Below are positions 55,457 through 63,610 of a stretch of DNA of 64,000 bases, piece by piece. Under the pieces are notes generated by a model. The model was not told where the DNA came from and searched no databases. It worked only from the letters and a program-made list of their open reading frames with translations. Location: the IMG/VR virus record IMGVR_UViG_2900261899_000001, positions 32,001-96,000 of that record. One strand, given 5' to 3'. Each line of letters opens with the position of its first letter. Within the stretch, counting starts at the first letter, position 1. The DNA comes from a virus. Its lineage: Duplodnaviria; Caudoviricetes. The position numbers and the translations under genes are program-made.

Positions 55457-57976
55457 TCAGGCTAGGACGCGACCGCCGTACCCTACCGGCGTTTTCAGCG
55501 TCGAATCGTCGAACGAACCGGTCCCGTTTCTCGTGTTCGCTTCGGCGACCTGATGGTGCGTCACGGACCGACCGACCGTGCGGCCGTCGAGATGCACCGA
55601 GCTGGCAACCTGGATCGGGGCGGAACGCCCCTTGTAGATCAGGGAGCTCGATTTGCCGGGTGTCGCACCGCCACCGCCACCGCCGCCGGACGCGCCGCTT
55701 CCGAGATCGGCGCCGCCCGCCGGTTTGGCGCTTGCGCTTCCGATCGCGGCACGAGCAGCAGCCGCTACCCCGCCGATCCAACCCGCAAGCGCGTTCAGCG
55801 GGCCGCCAGCGCCTTGCGCCGCTTGCCCCGCCTTCTGAGCGCCAGACGCAGCCTCATTGAGCGTGGAGACCGCACCAGCTGCCGTAGACGCGAGCCGCTG
55901 CTTGGCCGCTTCGATATTCTCCGTCGAAAGGCCCAGCCCTTCGGTGCCGATGTGACGCCGCGGGTTTTCACCACCGCCCGTCATGAATCCGTCGGGACCG
56001 CCGAACTCGAATGGCGTGGTACTTTTTCGGCGCTGCTCGGATAGAGTGTCGGCAAGTTTGCGAGCTGGCTCGCCTGCGATCTTATCCCACGGAAGCGTGA
56101 CGGCGGCGATGGTGACAGCCGCACCGGCACCGACAGCCAGCGCTGGAAGGCTGAGCGTGCCGACGGCGGCAATAGCTAGTGCTGCAATACCCGCAGCTGC
56201 CGCACCACCGACAACAGCGGCCGTGGCGCCCATCGCCGTCTCGGCTGCGACTGGATGCTTCTCTAGTGTGTTTGCCACGCCTCCAAGCGCTGCGTTCAAG
56301 CGGTTAAGGTTGTCGACAAGGTTTGGGATTGCTGGCTCCGAGAGTGCGGTCGCCACTGCGCCGCCCTGCGATTTGGTGCCCTGCAGAGCCGCATAGGGGT
56401 CGTCGCGCCTATAGGCCGTGGTATCGCCGGAAGTCTTATCGTACCCGGCGAAGTCTTTTTCGATCTTACTTTTTTGCTGCGCCAATTCGAACAAAAATCC
56501 GTAGGCGTTCTTGTCGGTAAAAATTTTACCGAGGGTACGAAGCAGATCGGTCTTGTCATCAGTATTGACGCCACCCGCTTTGAGCTTCGGAATGACGTTG
56601 TTGTAAAGCCATAGATCCGGGTCCTTGGCCCGGTCATAAGTTTTTCCGTCCAAGCCCACATCTGAAAATTGAGCACCCGGCTGGACTAACGTGTGTTTCT
56701 TGTTCCAAGTGACAGTTGGTTCTTGAAGAAGATTATATTTGTAGGCTTCAGTGAGCCCCGAGCCCAGCATACGCAAGCCACCGACACCCTTTGCCGCGAA
56801 GGTCGCGAACTGGGTACCGGCGCGCTGTCCAATTTCCTGCGAAAGCGCCGCGAAGGCGCCGTAGCGAAAGTGGTCGCTGGTCAGATTTAGCATCTGACCG
56901 CCGTTTTTCTGTGCGGTAAAGTAGTTCGATGGGTTGAGCTTGTCGCCGTACCAGAAGGCCAACCTCATCAGCGAGTTGGCGTGCTTCTTGACCCCCTCCG
57001 AGGTAATCTCGTTAGCTGTTTCAGCCGATTTCACGGCCGTGTAAATCTCGTTTACAGCGTTCTTAGCGCCGTGATTGCCGGCTTTGGCCTTCAGTGCCGA
57101 GAACTCTGGTAGCAATTCTGGCGCTTCGTGAATTGCTTTGTCGATGTCGCCAAGAATACCGCGGAGATCGTTGATGTGCTCGAAGATCTCGACAGGGGAT
57201 AGATTAGGAAATTGTTGCGAACCCTTATATGAAAGTTCCTTGGCATGATCGATCTGCGCTGGGCTAGCTCCGGTCTGCCGCATGCCGAGTTCAATGTGGC
57301 GCATATCGACGCCGGTCTCGATGACCTCAGAGAGCGTATGGACCCCGCCGGAGACCCCAATGACGCTTGCAAGTGCCGAGCCTTCATGGCCGACGAGACC
57401 ATGCGTTCCGTGACTGCGCCGGCCATGCCCCCTGCCACGCGTGGCGCGCCCGGCACCGGTGCCAGCGCCCCCGGCCCCGCCGCCACCCCGGACGGGCGTT
57501 GGCAAGTTCACATTGCTCGCGGCTGACTGCAGGCGACGCATGGCGCCGGCCGCCGAATTGATCCGGCTCGTCCAACCCGAGATCGACTGCGTGACACCCC
57601 GCGCCGCTGAAGCGACGCCTTGGGTCTCGCGGCGCATGACGCGCATCTCGGCGATGGGCTTGCCGATGGCGCTGGCCCAGCGCTGCATTTCACGGTCCAG
57701 ACCGTTGCCACCCTTCAAGCCAGACATGGCACGCGAGATCCGCGCGACCTCGCGCTCGATCTTTTGGCCGGCGGAGGAGGACTTCGACAGTTCGCGGTTC
57801 AGTTGGCCGGCGGCGGACGCAGCGCGGTTCAGGGGCGAGACCCAGCGACCGAACGATTTCTCAACGGATTTGGTTTTAGAGTCGACATCGCTCAGGGTCT
57901 TGAGCAGGCGCGTCATCTCGGGCACGAGATTGCCCGCGAGCGTCATGCTCGTCTGGATGCGATACACGTCGCTCAC
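55457..57976 (-). CDS. Tail tape measure protein
   Basis: 839 aa, helical and Ala/Gly-rich, VHLDGRTVG near end; position in tail operon. Confidence 0.85.
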   Translation of the reverse strand: MSDVYRIQTSMTLAGNLVPEMTRLLKTLSDVDSKTKSVEKSFGRWVSPLNRAASAAGQLNRELSKSSSAGQKIEREVARISRAMSGLKGGNGLDREMQRWASAIGKPIAEMRVMRRETQGVASAARGVTQSISGWTSRINSAAGAMRRLQSAASNVNLPTPVRGGGGAGGAGTGAGRATRGRGHGRRSHGTHGLVGHEGSALASVIGVSGGVHTLSEVIETGVDMRHIELGMRQTGASPAQIDHAKELSYKGSQQFPNLSPVEIFEHINDLRGILGDIDKAIHEAPELLPEFSALKAKAGNHGAKNAVNEIYTAVKSAETANEITSEGVKKHANSLMRLAFWYGDKLNPSNYFTAQKNGGQMLNLTSDHFRYGAFAALSQEIGQRAGTQFATFAAKGVGGLRMLGSGLTEAYKYNLLQEPTVTWNKKHTLVQPGAQFSDVGLDGKTYDRAKDPDLWLYNNVIPKLKAGGVNTDDKTDLLRTLGKIFTDKNAYGFLFELAQQKSKIEKDFAGYDKTSGDTTAYRRDDPYAALQGTKSQGGAVATALSEPAIPNLVDNLNRLNAALGGVANTLEKHPVAAETAMGATAAVVGGAAAAGIAALAIAAVGTLSLPALAVGAGAAVTIAAVTLPWDKIAGEPARKLADTLSEQRRKSTTPFEFGGPDGFMTGGGENPRRHIGTEGLGLSTENIEAAKQRLASTAAGAVSTLNEAASGAQKAGQAAQGAGGPLNALAGWIGGVAAAARAAIGSASAKPAGGADLGSGASGGGGGGGATPGKSSSLIYKGRSAPIQVASSVHLDGRTVGRSVTHHQVAEANTRNGTGSFDDSTLKTPVGYGGRVLA

Positions 57977-57997
57977 GGCGTACCCCGGGGAGAAGTC

Positions 57998-58444
57998 ATG
58001 AAGGGGTTATGGCTCGCCGTTCTTGCGGCGATCATACTGGCGCCCCCAGCGGCCGCGCAGACCCAGCAGGGCTGGGCGCAATGCCGTACCGTTGCGGACA
58101 GCCTGGAGCGGCTGAAATGCTTCGATGGTCTTGGGCCCGCGCCGGTGGCGCAGGTGGGTGCCTACGAGAAAATGACCTTGATCGATTGGAAGACCGACAA
58201 GGCATCGCTACAAGGAAAAAAGGTCGAGGTCGAAGGTCTCGCCATGCCGTTTGCCGGCGGAGCGCTGCTGTCGATCCAAGCGGGCGATGTCAGTCCGGTC
58301 TTCCTTGATGTCGAGCGCGTGCCGCGGGATCAACGCAGGCGGCTTCTAGGCTGCTCGCCTATGTGCCGATTGTCGGTGCAGGGTAGCGGTGGCACGGTAC
58401 AATATCAGCAGGGTATCATCGCCGATACTTTGAGTTTCCGCTAA
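57998..58444 (+). CDS. Secreted protein (moron)
   Basis: Signal peptide, C...D..ERL.CFD motif, OB-fold-like tail. Confidence 0.7.
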   Translation: MKGLWLAVLAAIILAPPAAAQTQQGWAQCRTVADSLERLKCFDGLGPAPVAQVGAYEKMTLIDWKTDKASLQGKKVEVEGLAMPFAGGALLSIQAGDVSPVFLDVERVPRDQRRRLLGCSPMCRLSVQGSGGTVQYQQGIIADTLSFR

Positions 58445-58521
58445 TTTATTAGTCAGACGACTAACATTAAAGTCTTAGCGGATCACCCGATGCCCTGGCT
58501 GCGGCAATGGACGGAAATGAA

Positions 58522-59028
58522 TTATCGAGGCGGAAACAACAAAAGCGTCAAAAAGGCCGTTTTGCTATCTTCGCTAGCGGCCTCAAGCCCGGTCAACGCC
58601 GACTTTGCAATAAGAATAAAGTGCTCGACTTCTGACACAGTTAAGACGTGTGATGGGTCATAATCGGCTAGCATACGCTGTTCATATAGGTCAATAAATG
58701 CGTCGGCGTACCCGGTTATTTGCGCATCAAATCCGCCTGCCGGCCAATACCTGCTGTATTTCTGGCTTGGATTCTGCTTTTTTATTTCAACACAAAGAGA
58801 CCTCATTTTGCCGTGATCTATTGATCTGTAAGCCAAGCTATAAAGGCTGCTGCCTCTTTTATCCTCTCCGACGGACTGGTCGGCGGCCGCCTTCAGACCG
58901 GCATGGAACACGGCATAATAGGTAGCCGATACTGCTCTACATCTGTCAGCCAAGCGCGGTCGTTCCTGCCCAGGCAGCACAGCGAGCAGGCGTTCGGCCT
59001 GCTCAACCAAATGTGCGGGTTCGATCAC
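58522..59028 (-). CDS. HEPN (UPF0332-like) protein
   Basis: RAVSATYYAVFH, RMLADYDP. Confidence 0.75.
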   Translation of the reverse strand: MIEPAHLVEQAERLLAVLPGQERPRLADRCRAVSATYYAVFHAGLKAAADQSVGEDKRGSSLYSLAYRSIDHGKMRSLCVEIKKQNPSQKYSRYWPAGGFDAQITGYADAFIDLYEQRMLADYDPSHVLTVSEVEHFILIAKSALTGLEAASEDSKTAFLTLLLFPPR

Positions 59029-59317
59029 GCTGAAGCTCTATCCAATCTTCCATTCGGGCAAAGCTAACTAGTGGCACACGGTCCTCACCGGCCCTGTGTA
59101 ACTCGCTTTTCATCCTACTGATGATATTGAGCAGTTGTGTTCCTCCAAAGTCGTCGGCGTTTGCCTCTGGGTACACAATAGTTATTTTGAGCGCATCGGA
59201 CCCATCGGATGTTTGAGCGCCCGCTATTGCTGTCGATATTGGGACAAACTTACCCAAAACATCCCGAGATGTTTCCTTCGCCAGTCTTGATATTTCACCT
59301 AAATCTAGCCGCATCAC
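59003..59317 (-). CDS. HEPN partner (MNT-like)
   Basis: Overlaps the HEPN gene; DGSDALKITIV, P.VSF. Confidence 0.55.
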   Translation of the reverse strand: MMRLDLGEISRLAKETSRDVLGKFVPISTAIAGAQTSDGSDALKITIVYPEANADDFGGTQLLNIISRMKSELHRAGEDRVPLVSFARMEDWIELQRDRTRTFG

Positions 59318-59325
59318 CGCATGCC

Positions 59326-59580
59326 TCAGCCCTGTATTCCCAGGACGGGCGCCTTCAGCCGGACGCCCGGCCCCCCGCCGTTCTCTGCGATGAACTCGAG
59401 CCCAGCCTCCGCAAGCGCTTTCTCAACCTTTGCCAGATTGTCGGTGATAGCCTTGGGAACCCCCTCGCTCTCCTCCATCCGTTTGATTGTTGCGGGGGAC
59501 ACCCCAGAGGTATCCGCTAAATCCCTTACGGACCACCGAAGGTAGCCGCGTGCCATCCGAATCTGGGCCCCGGTGACCAT
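59326..59580 (-). CDS. XRE HTH repressor
   Basis: TGAQIRMARGYLRWSVRDLA..SGVS..TIKRME, ENGGGPGVRL. Confidence 0.88.
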   Translation of the reverse strand: MVTGAQIRMARGYLRWSVRDLADTSGVSPATIKRMEESEGVPKAITDNLAKVEKALAEAGLEFIAENGGGPGVRLKAPVLGIQG

Positions 59581-59611
59581 AAAAGCTAAATGACCCATAT
59601 TTGGTCTAGCG

Positions 59612-59659
59612 TGAGCTAAATTGGTTGACACGGGCGCCTCCATGAGCCAATTTAGCTCA
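59612..59659. promoter_or_regulatory. Operator pair and promoter of the cassette leading to HNH + RAMP-like gene
   Basis: TGAGCTAAATTGGTTGA (59612-59628) and inverted near-copy TGAGCCAATTTAGCTCA (59643-59659); TTGACA 59625-59630. Confidence 0.65.
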
Positions 59660-60051
59660 TGGCCGCTGCAAATGAAAGCGACCTTACCACTAAGAGGATC
59701 GCGCCGATGCCCGTGAATGCAAAGATCCCCACCCCCCTGCGCGCAAACATCATGGCCAGGGCCTGGGAGTTATTCCGCAAGCGCTACAATTACCCCCGCA
59801 CCCCGTTCCGTTCGATCGGCCGCGCATGTTTCGCGTCGGCTCTAAAAGCCGCGTGGGCGGAAGCCCGTGAGACTGTTCGTCTTGTCGGTTTCGGGGCCGA
59901 TGCCCTGAGGCGCTCTATCGAGGCACTTTCCTCTCCGGCTCACGCGGTAGGCCTTTCCTCAAGCTACGCGCTTGGCCCTCAGGCCGCGATGGAGCGGTAT
60001 CAACAAAAGCTCGCTTTAACGGCCGCCCTGAACTTCGCGATTGCGGCTTGA
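59659..60051 (+). CDS. Hypothetical protein
   Basis: IMARAW...FASALKAAWAEA. Confidence 0.6.
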   Translation: MAAANESDLTTKRIAPMPVNAKIPTPLRANIMARAWELFRKRYNYPRTPFRSIGRACFASALKAAWAEARETVRLVGFGADALRRSIEALSSPAHAVGLSSSYALGPQAAMERYQQKLALTAALNFAIAA

Positions 60052-60062
60052 GGGAGGGAGCT

Positions 60063-60560
60063 ATGCAAAATCGGAGAGCAATCCTCACGGCCCTTATTGC
60101 GGTACCGCTGACTGGGCCGTTGTGTGCGGGTCAGCCTCATCTTGACGCGGCCCTGCTCGACCTCGGCAGGCGCTTCGATGCCGCCGTGGCGGCGCACAAA
60201 GCCCACGTCCGGGCCTACTTCGCGGCTGACGAGGCCCATACCCAGGCGCTCCAGGCCGCTAAGTCGGCTGGGCGGTTCAAGGGGCTCGACGCTGAAGCCT
60301 ACGCAGCGCTCCACTCGCAGCTAATTGAGCCGTTCAACGCGGCGCTAGAGAGGGACGACGAACTCCACGACGCCTGCGGCAAGCTGGGCGAGCAAATCAT
60401 CGCGATCCAACCCAAGACTCTGGATGGAATCGCTGTTCTTGCCCGTGTCTGCCAGTTCGAATCGCGGCAGGCCTGGGAAGCGCCGAAGAGCCGCGAGTAC
60501 GATGAGGACGTCCTCGTTGCCCTCGTCGACGGCATCTTGGCCGTGGCCGCTACGGCGTGA
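60063..60560 (+). CDS. Hypothetical helical protein
   Basis: GGAG RBS; DAALLDLG, PKTLDGI.V.AR. Confidence 0.65.
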   Translation: MQNRRAILTALIAVPLTGPLCAGQPHLDAALLDLGRRFDAAVAAHKAHVRAYFAADEAHTQALQAAKSAGRFKGLDAEAYAALHSQLIEPFNAALERDDELHDACGKLGEQIIAIQPKTLDGIAVLARVCQFESRQAWEAPKSREYDEDVLVALVDGILAVAATA

Positions 60561-61000
60561 CCTACGAGGAATACCTTGCATCCCCACGATGGGCCGAGCT
60601 GCGCCGGCTGAGGCTAGCCCTCGACGGATTCCGCTGCCGGGGCTGCGATACCGCCGACAATCTTGAGGTTCACCACCGGCGCTACGGCACCCCGCTGGGC
60701 AGCGAGACGGTCGACGACCTGACGACGCTCTGTGGCGGCCCCGAGGGCTGCCACCACGCGATCACCACCATCATCCGCCGCCGCCTGTACGCGACCCGTC
60801 AGTATGACGTGACCGCAGTCGCTCGGCTGGCCCCCGGCAATCTGGAGAAGAACGATGTCCCAGGACTACGAGCGTTTAAGATTTCGGCTCACCGGCGTGT
60901 CGCCCCTGGTCATGCACAACGGTCGCTTGGCGAACCCGCTGGACTCGTTTGCGAAGGCGCTGAAGGCGGTCTCGGGAAAGCGCGGCAAGACGGACGCTGA
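60557..61000 (+). CDS. HNH endonuclease
   Basis: YEEYLASPRW, CRGC...LEVHHRRY...LTTLC....CH. Confidence 0.85.
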   Translation: MTYEEYLASPRWAELRRLRLALDGFRCRGCDTADNLEVHHRRYGTPLGSETVDDLTTLCGGPEGCHHAITTIIRRRLYATRQYDVTAVARLAPGNLEKNDVPGLRAFKISAHRRVAPGHAQRSLGEPAGLVCEGAEGGLGKARQDGR

Positions 61001-61430
61001 CTTCGAGGAGATGGCCCGTATCGAGTTCCTGGGCGGCCTCTATGTCGGCGACGATGGTCCTTGCATCCCCGGCGAATTGATCGAAGCGGTCCTGATCGCG
61101 GCGGCCAAAAAGAACAAGCGCGGCATGCAGGCCAAGGCCGGCATCCTTTCGGACGGCAACCACCGGGTCGAGTACCACGGCCCCAGAGGGGCAGAGGAGC
61201 TGTGGGCGGACGACCGCTTCCGCCTCGTTGCCGGCGTTCGTGTCGGACAGGCCCGTGTGATGCGGACCCGCCCGATCTTTCGGGAGTGGTCGTCAGAAAT
61301 CTTCGTTGACTTCCTGCCGGGTCAATTGAACCGGGCGGACGTCGCGGGAATGGTTAGAACCGCAGGCACCATCGTCGGCATCGGCGATTGGAGGCCGCGG
61401 TTTGGAAGGTTCACAGTGGAGACGCTGTGA
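60855..61430 (+). CDS. Stand-alone RAMP/Cas7-like protein
   Basis: LTGVSPLVMH start, PCIPGELIEAVL, Gly-rich C-terminal loop GIGDWRPRFGRF; GGAG RBS at 60844. Confidence 0.7.
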   Translation: MSQDYERLRFRLTGVSPLVMHNGRLANPLDSFAKALKAVSGKRGKTDADFEEMARIEFLGGLYVGDDGPCIPGELIEAVLIAAAKKNKRGMQAKAGILSDGNHRVEYHGPRGAEELWADDRFRLVAGVRVGQARVMRTRPIFREWSSEIFVDFLPGQLNRADVAGMVRTAGTIVGIGDWRPRFGRFTVETL

Positions 61431-61521
61431 TAGCCCGGTAGGGCAAGGCGGGTCGCGGCATGCCTCGGCAAGGCGTGGTTCGGTAGGGGTGAAAAGGGCC
61501 GGCTTTCGCCGGCCCTTTTCC
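61431..61521 (+). ncRNA. GGY-NN pentamer array C (putative guide RNA) with terminator hairpin
   Basis: TAGC, 10 pentamers at 61437-61486 (8 GGY), then GGGTGAAAAGGGCCGGC-TTTC-GCCGGCCCTTTTCC. Confidence 0.8.
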
Positions 61522-61524
61522 ACA

Positions 61525-61962
61525 TCAGCGGTTTGTCGCTCCGCTCAGGTGCCGGAACACGGCTTCGCCGAGGATGCGGTGAACCTCGCCCTCCTTGCGG
61601 ACAGCAGCTGTCTTCAGGACCGGGCGAGGCGGGATCCCGCGGGAGGTTCCCAACTCCTGCCACGTCGCCTTCGGATCGTCGGACCCCACGGCGGCTTCGT
61701 GGTCGCTCACAACGGTGCGCGCGTAGGCATCGCGCATGGCGCCGGTTTCGAGCAGTGGGCTATCGCCCGTGGCTTTTCGAGCCACGGTCTCGCTCTGCAA
61801 GGCTGGCCACCCGGGTTGGTAGGTCCCGGGCAGCCGCTTTGCCTCATCGAGAACGACCTCCGAAGCTTGTTCGAGCCCGCGGCGTTGAGCGGCCGGCAGG
61901 GTAGCGACGCGGCCGCGCATAAAGCCGACGAACGCACCGATCGACGAGAACGTGCGCGCCAT
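61525..61962 (-). CDS. HK97 gp10-like tail component
   Basis: PLLETGAMRD, ELGTSRGIPPRPVL. Confidence 0.82.
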   Translation of the reverse strand: MARTFSSIGAFVGFMRGRVATLPAAQRRGLEQASEVVLDEAKRLPGTYQPGWPALQSETVARKATGDSPLLETGAMRDAYARTVVSDHEAAVGSDDPKATWQELGTSRGIPPRPVLKTAAVRKEGEVHRILGEAVFRHLSGATNR

Positions 61963-62138
61963 CGATCATCCGTCTTGCCTGCGCCAGGACCATGAGCCCC
62001 AGTCGAATTCGCCGCCCCGGTTCTTGCCGTGGGTGATGACGAGAGCTTGCCGCATCGTGCTGTCGAGGCTGAACGCCACATCGAACGGGACCCCGGCACT
62101 GACGAGCGCCATGCACTCCTGCAGCTCGGGGTCCTCGG

Positions 62139-62570
62139 TCAGTTTTTTACCGCGTCCGGATCGAAGGTGTCGGGCTCGGCCGTCTTGAAGACCTTGCCCA
62201 TCTCGTCGGTGAGCTCGTCCCAGTCCTCGCCAATGCGGAACACGAGAGCCTCGATCTGGCTCTGCGAGGACGGCATGGAGACCGGCTGCCGATCGATGGC
62301 GGTCACCGAGCAGGCGATCATCGCATAGTTCGCGTACAGCGCGTTCACGACATGCTCGGAACCGATTGCCTTCGAGGCGAGCATCCGATCCAGTGGGCCG
62401 AGCTTGCGAACCGTGAAGGTTCGGCCACTCGACAGTTCGATCTCGGCAACCTTTTTCGACGGCGCCGCCGCCACGATGGTCTGAGACGGAGTCGGCGTCT
62501 GCACAGCCGGCGCCACCGGGCCGGTCTCGGGTGCCGCGGTCTCGCCGGCCTGGATGATCTTCACGCCCAT
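62139..62570 (-). CDS. Tail assembly chaperone (-1 frameshift form extends to 61966)
   Basis: Ends GTA AAA AAC TGA; the -1 frame is open to 61966. Confidence 0.8.
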   Translation of the reverse strand: MGVKIIQAGETAAPETGPVAPAVQTPTPSQTIVAAAPSKKVAEIELSSGRTFTVRKLGPLDRMLASKAIGSEHVVNALYANYAMIACSVTAIDRQPVSMPSSQSQIEALVFRIGEDWDELTDEMGKVFKTAEPDTFDPDAVKN

Positions 62571-62661
62571 AACTGTGTCTCAGCCTGCTTCGGTGGAGGA
62601 AAGGTGTCGACGCGCGCGTGAAACCGTCCGAGGGTCCGGTTGTCTCGGGCAAGGAATTTCG

Positions 62662-62892
62662 ATGCGGCGAATGATGTACGGCGCGCTGGCGGCGATCGCA
62701 GCGCTATGGTTGGTGGCGCCGGCGCCCGCGCAAGCGACGCCCGGCATGCTGAATGCCCAAGGGTGCCATGGGCATCCCCGGCACTGTCACAGCCGCTCAG
62801 ACTGGAGCACCAACAGCAGGGGACGACACTATGTGGCGGGGCACTTCGGCGGCGGTCATCGGCATCGTCGCCGCGGTCATCGGCGCCGGTAG
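62662..62892 (+). CDS. Small secreted His/Cys-rich protein
   Basis: Signal peptide, LNAQGCH...HCH. Confidence 0.55.
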   Translation: MRRMMYGALAAIAALWLVAPAPAQATPGMLNAQGCHGHPRHCHSRSDWSTNSRGRHYVAGHFGGGHRHRRRGHRRR

Positions 62893-63526
62893 CGCCCGCG
62901 CCGAACCGATCGTCGGTCGCGCGTCGGTGATCGACGGCGACACGATCGAAATCCGGGGGCAGCGATTCCGGCTACAGGGCGTCGACACGCCCGAGAGCGC
63001 ACAACTCTGCCAGGATGCCGGCGGGAAGGACTACCGCTGCGGGCAGAAGGCGTCGCTCGCCCTGGCCGACAAGATCGGCGCCGGCAACGTCTCCTGCGAA
63101 CCCGTTACCACCGACCGCTACGGCCGTACTGTCGCGATCTGCTCGCTGAACGCGCTCGACCTGAACGGATGGCTCGTCGAGCAGGGGCTCGGCATGGCCT
63201 ACCGGAAGTACTCGACAGCCTACGTCGGGCAGGAGGAGGCCGCGAAGGCCGCTCGGCGTGGGATCTGGCAGGGTGCGTTCACGCCGCCGTGGGACTGGCG
63301 GAAGGGCGAACGGATCGGGCCGGAGGGGCAAACTGTGCCCCCGCCCGTTCACACGGCCGGGGCCTGCGATATCAAGGGCAACATCAGTCGAGGCGGCGAT
63401 CGGATCTACCACCTGCCCGGCTCGCGCAGCTACGAGAAGACGGTGATCACAGAGTCATCGGGCGAGCGGATGTTCTGTTCCGAGGACGAAGCGAAGGCGG
63501 CCGGTTGGCGACCGCCTCGCGGTTGA
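62831..63526 (+). CDS. Secreted thermonuclease (SNase) with C-terminal extension
   Basis: VIDGDT, RLQGVDTPE, DRYGR, IKGNIS...IYHLPG, MFCSEDEA.AAGWR. Confidence 0.9.
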   Translation: MWRGTSAAVIGIVAAVIGAGSARAEPIVGRASVIDGDTIEIRGQRFRLQGVDTPESAQLCQDAGGKDYRCGQKASLALADKIGAGNVSCEPVTTDRYGRTVAICSLNALDLNGWLVEQGLGMAYRKYSTAYVGQEEAAKAARRGIWQGAFTPPWDWRKGERIGPEGQTVPPPVHTAGACDIKGNISRGGDRIYHLPGSRSYEKTVITESSGERMFCSEDEAKAAGWRPPRG

Positions 63527-63610
63527 GTGGTGAGCGCCGTGTCTCCAGGCGCGTAGACTTTCGGCATCGGTGGATGATACCATCTGCCCGGGATCTCATC
63601 GGGGCGATCC

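Noticed and set aside
60557-61430. HNH-RAMP fusion by frameshift
   Set aside because: Would need a +1 shift with no clear slippery site; the RAMP-like ORF has its own GGAG RBS
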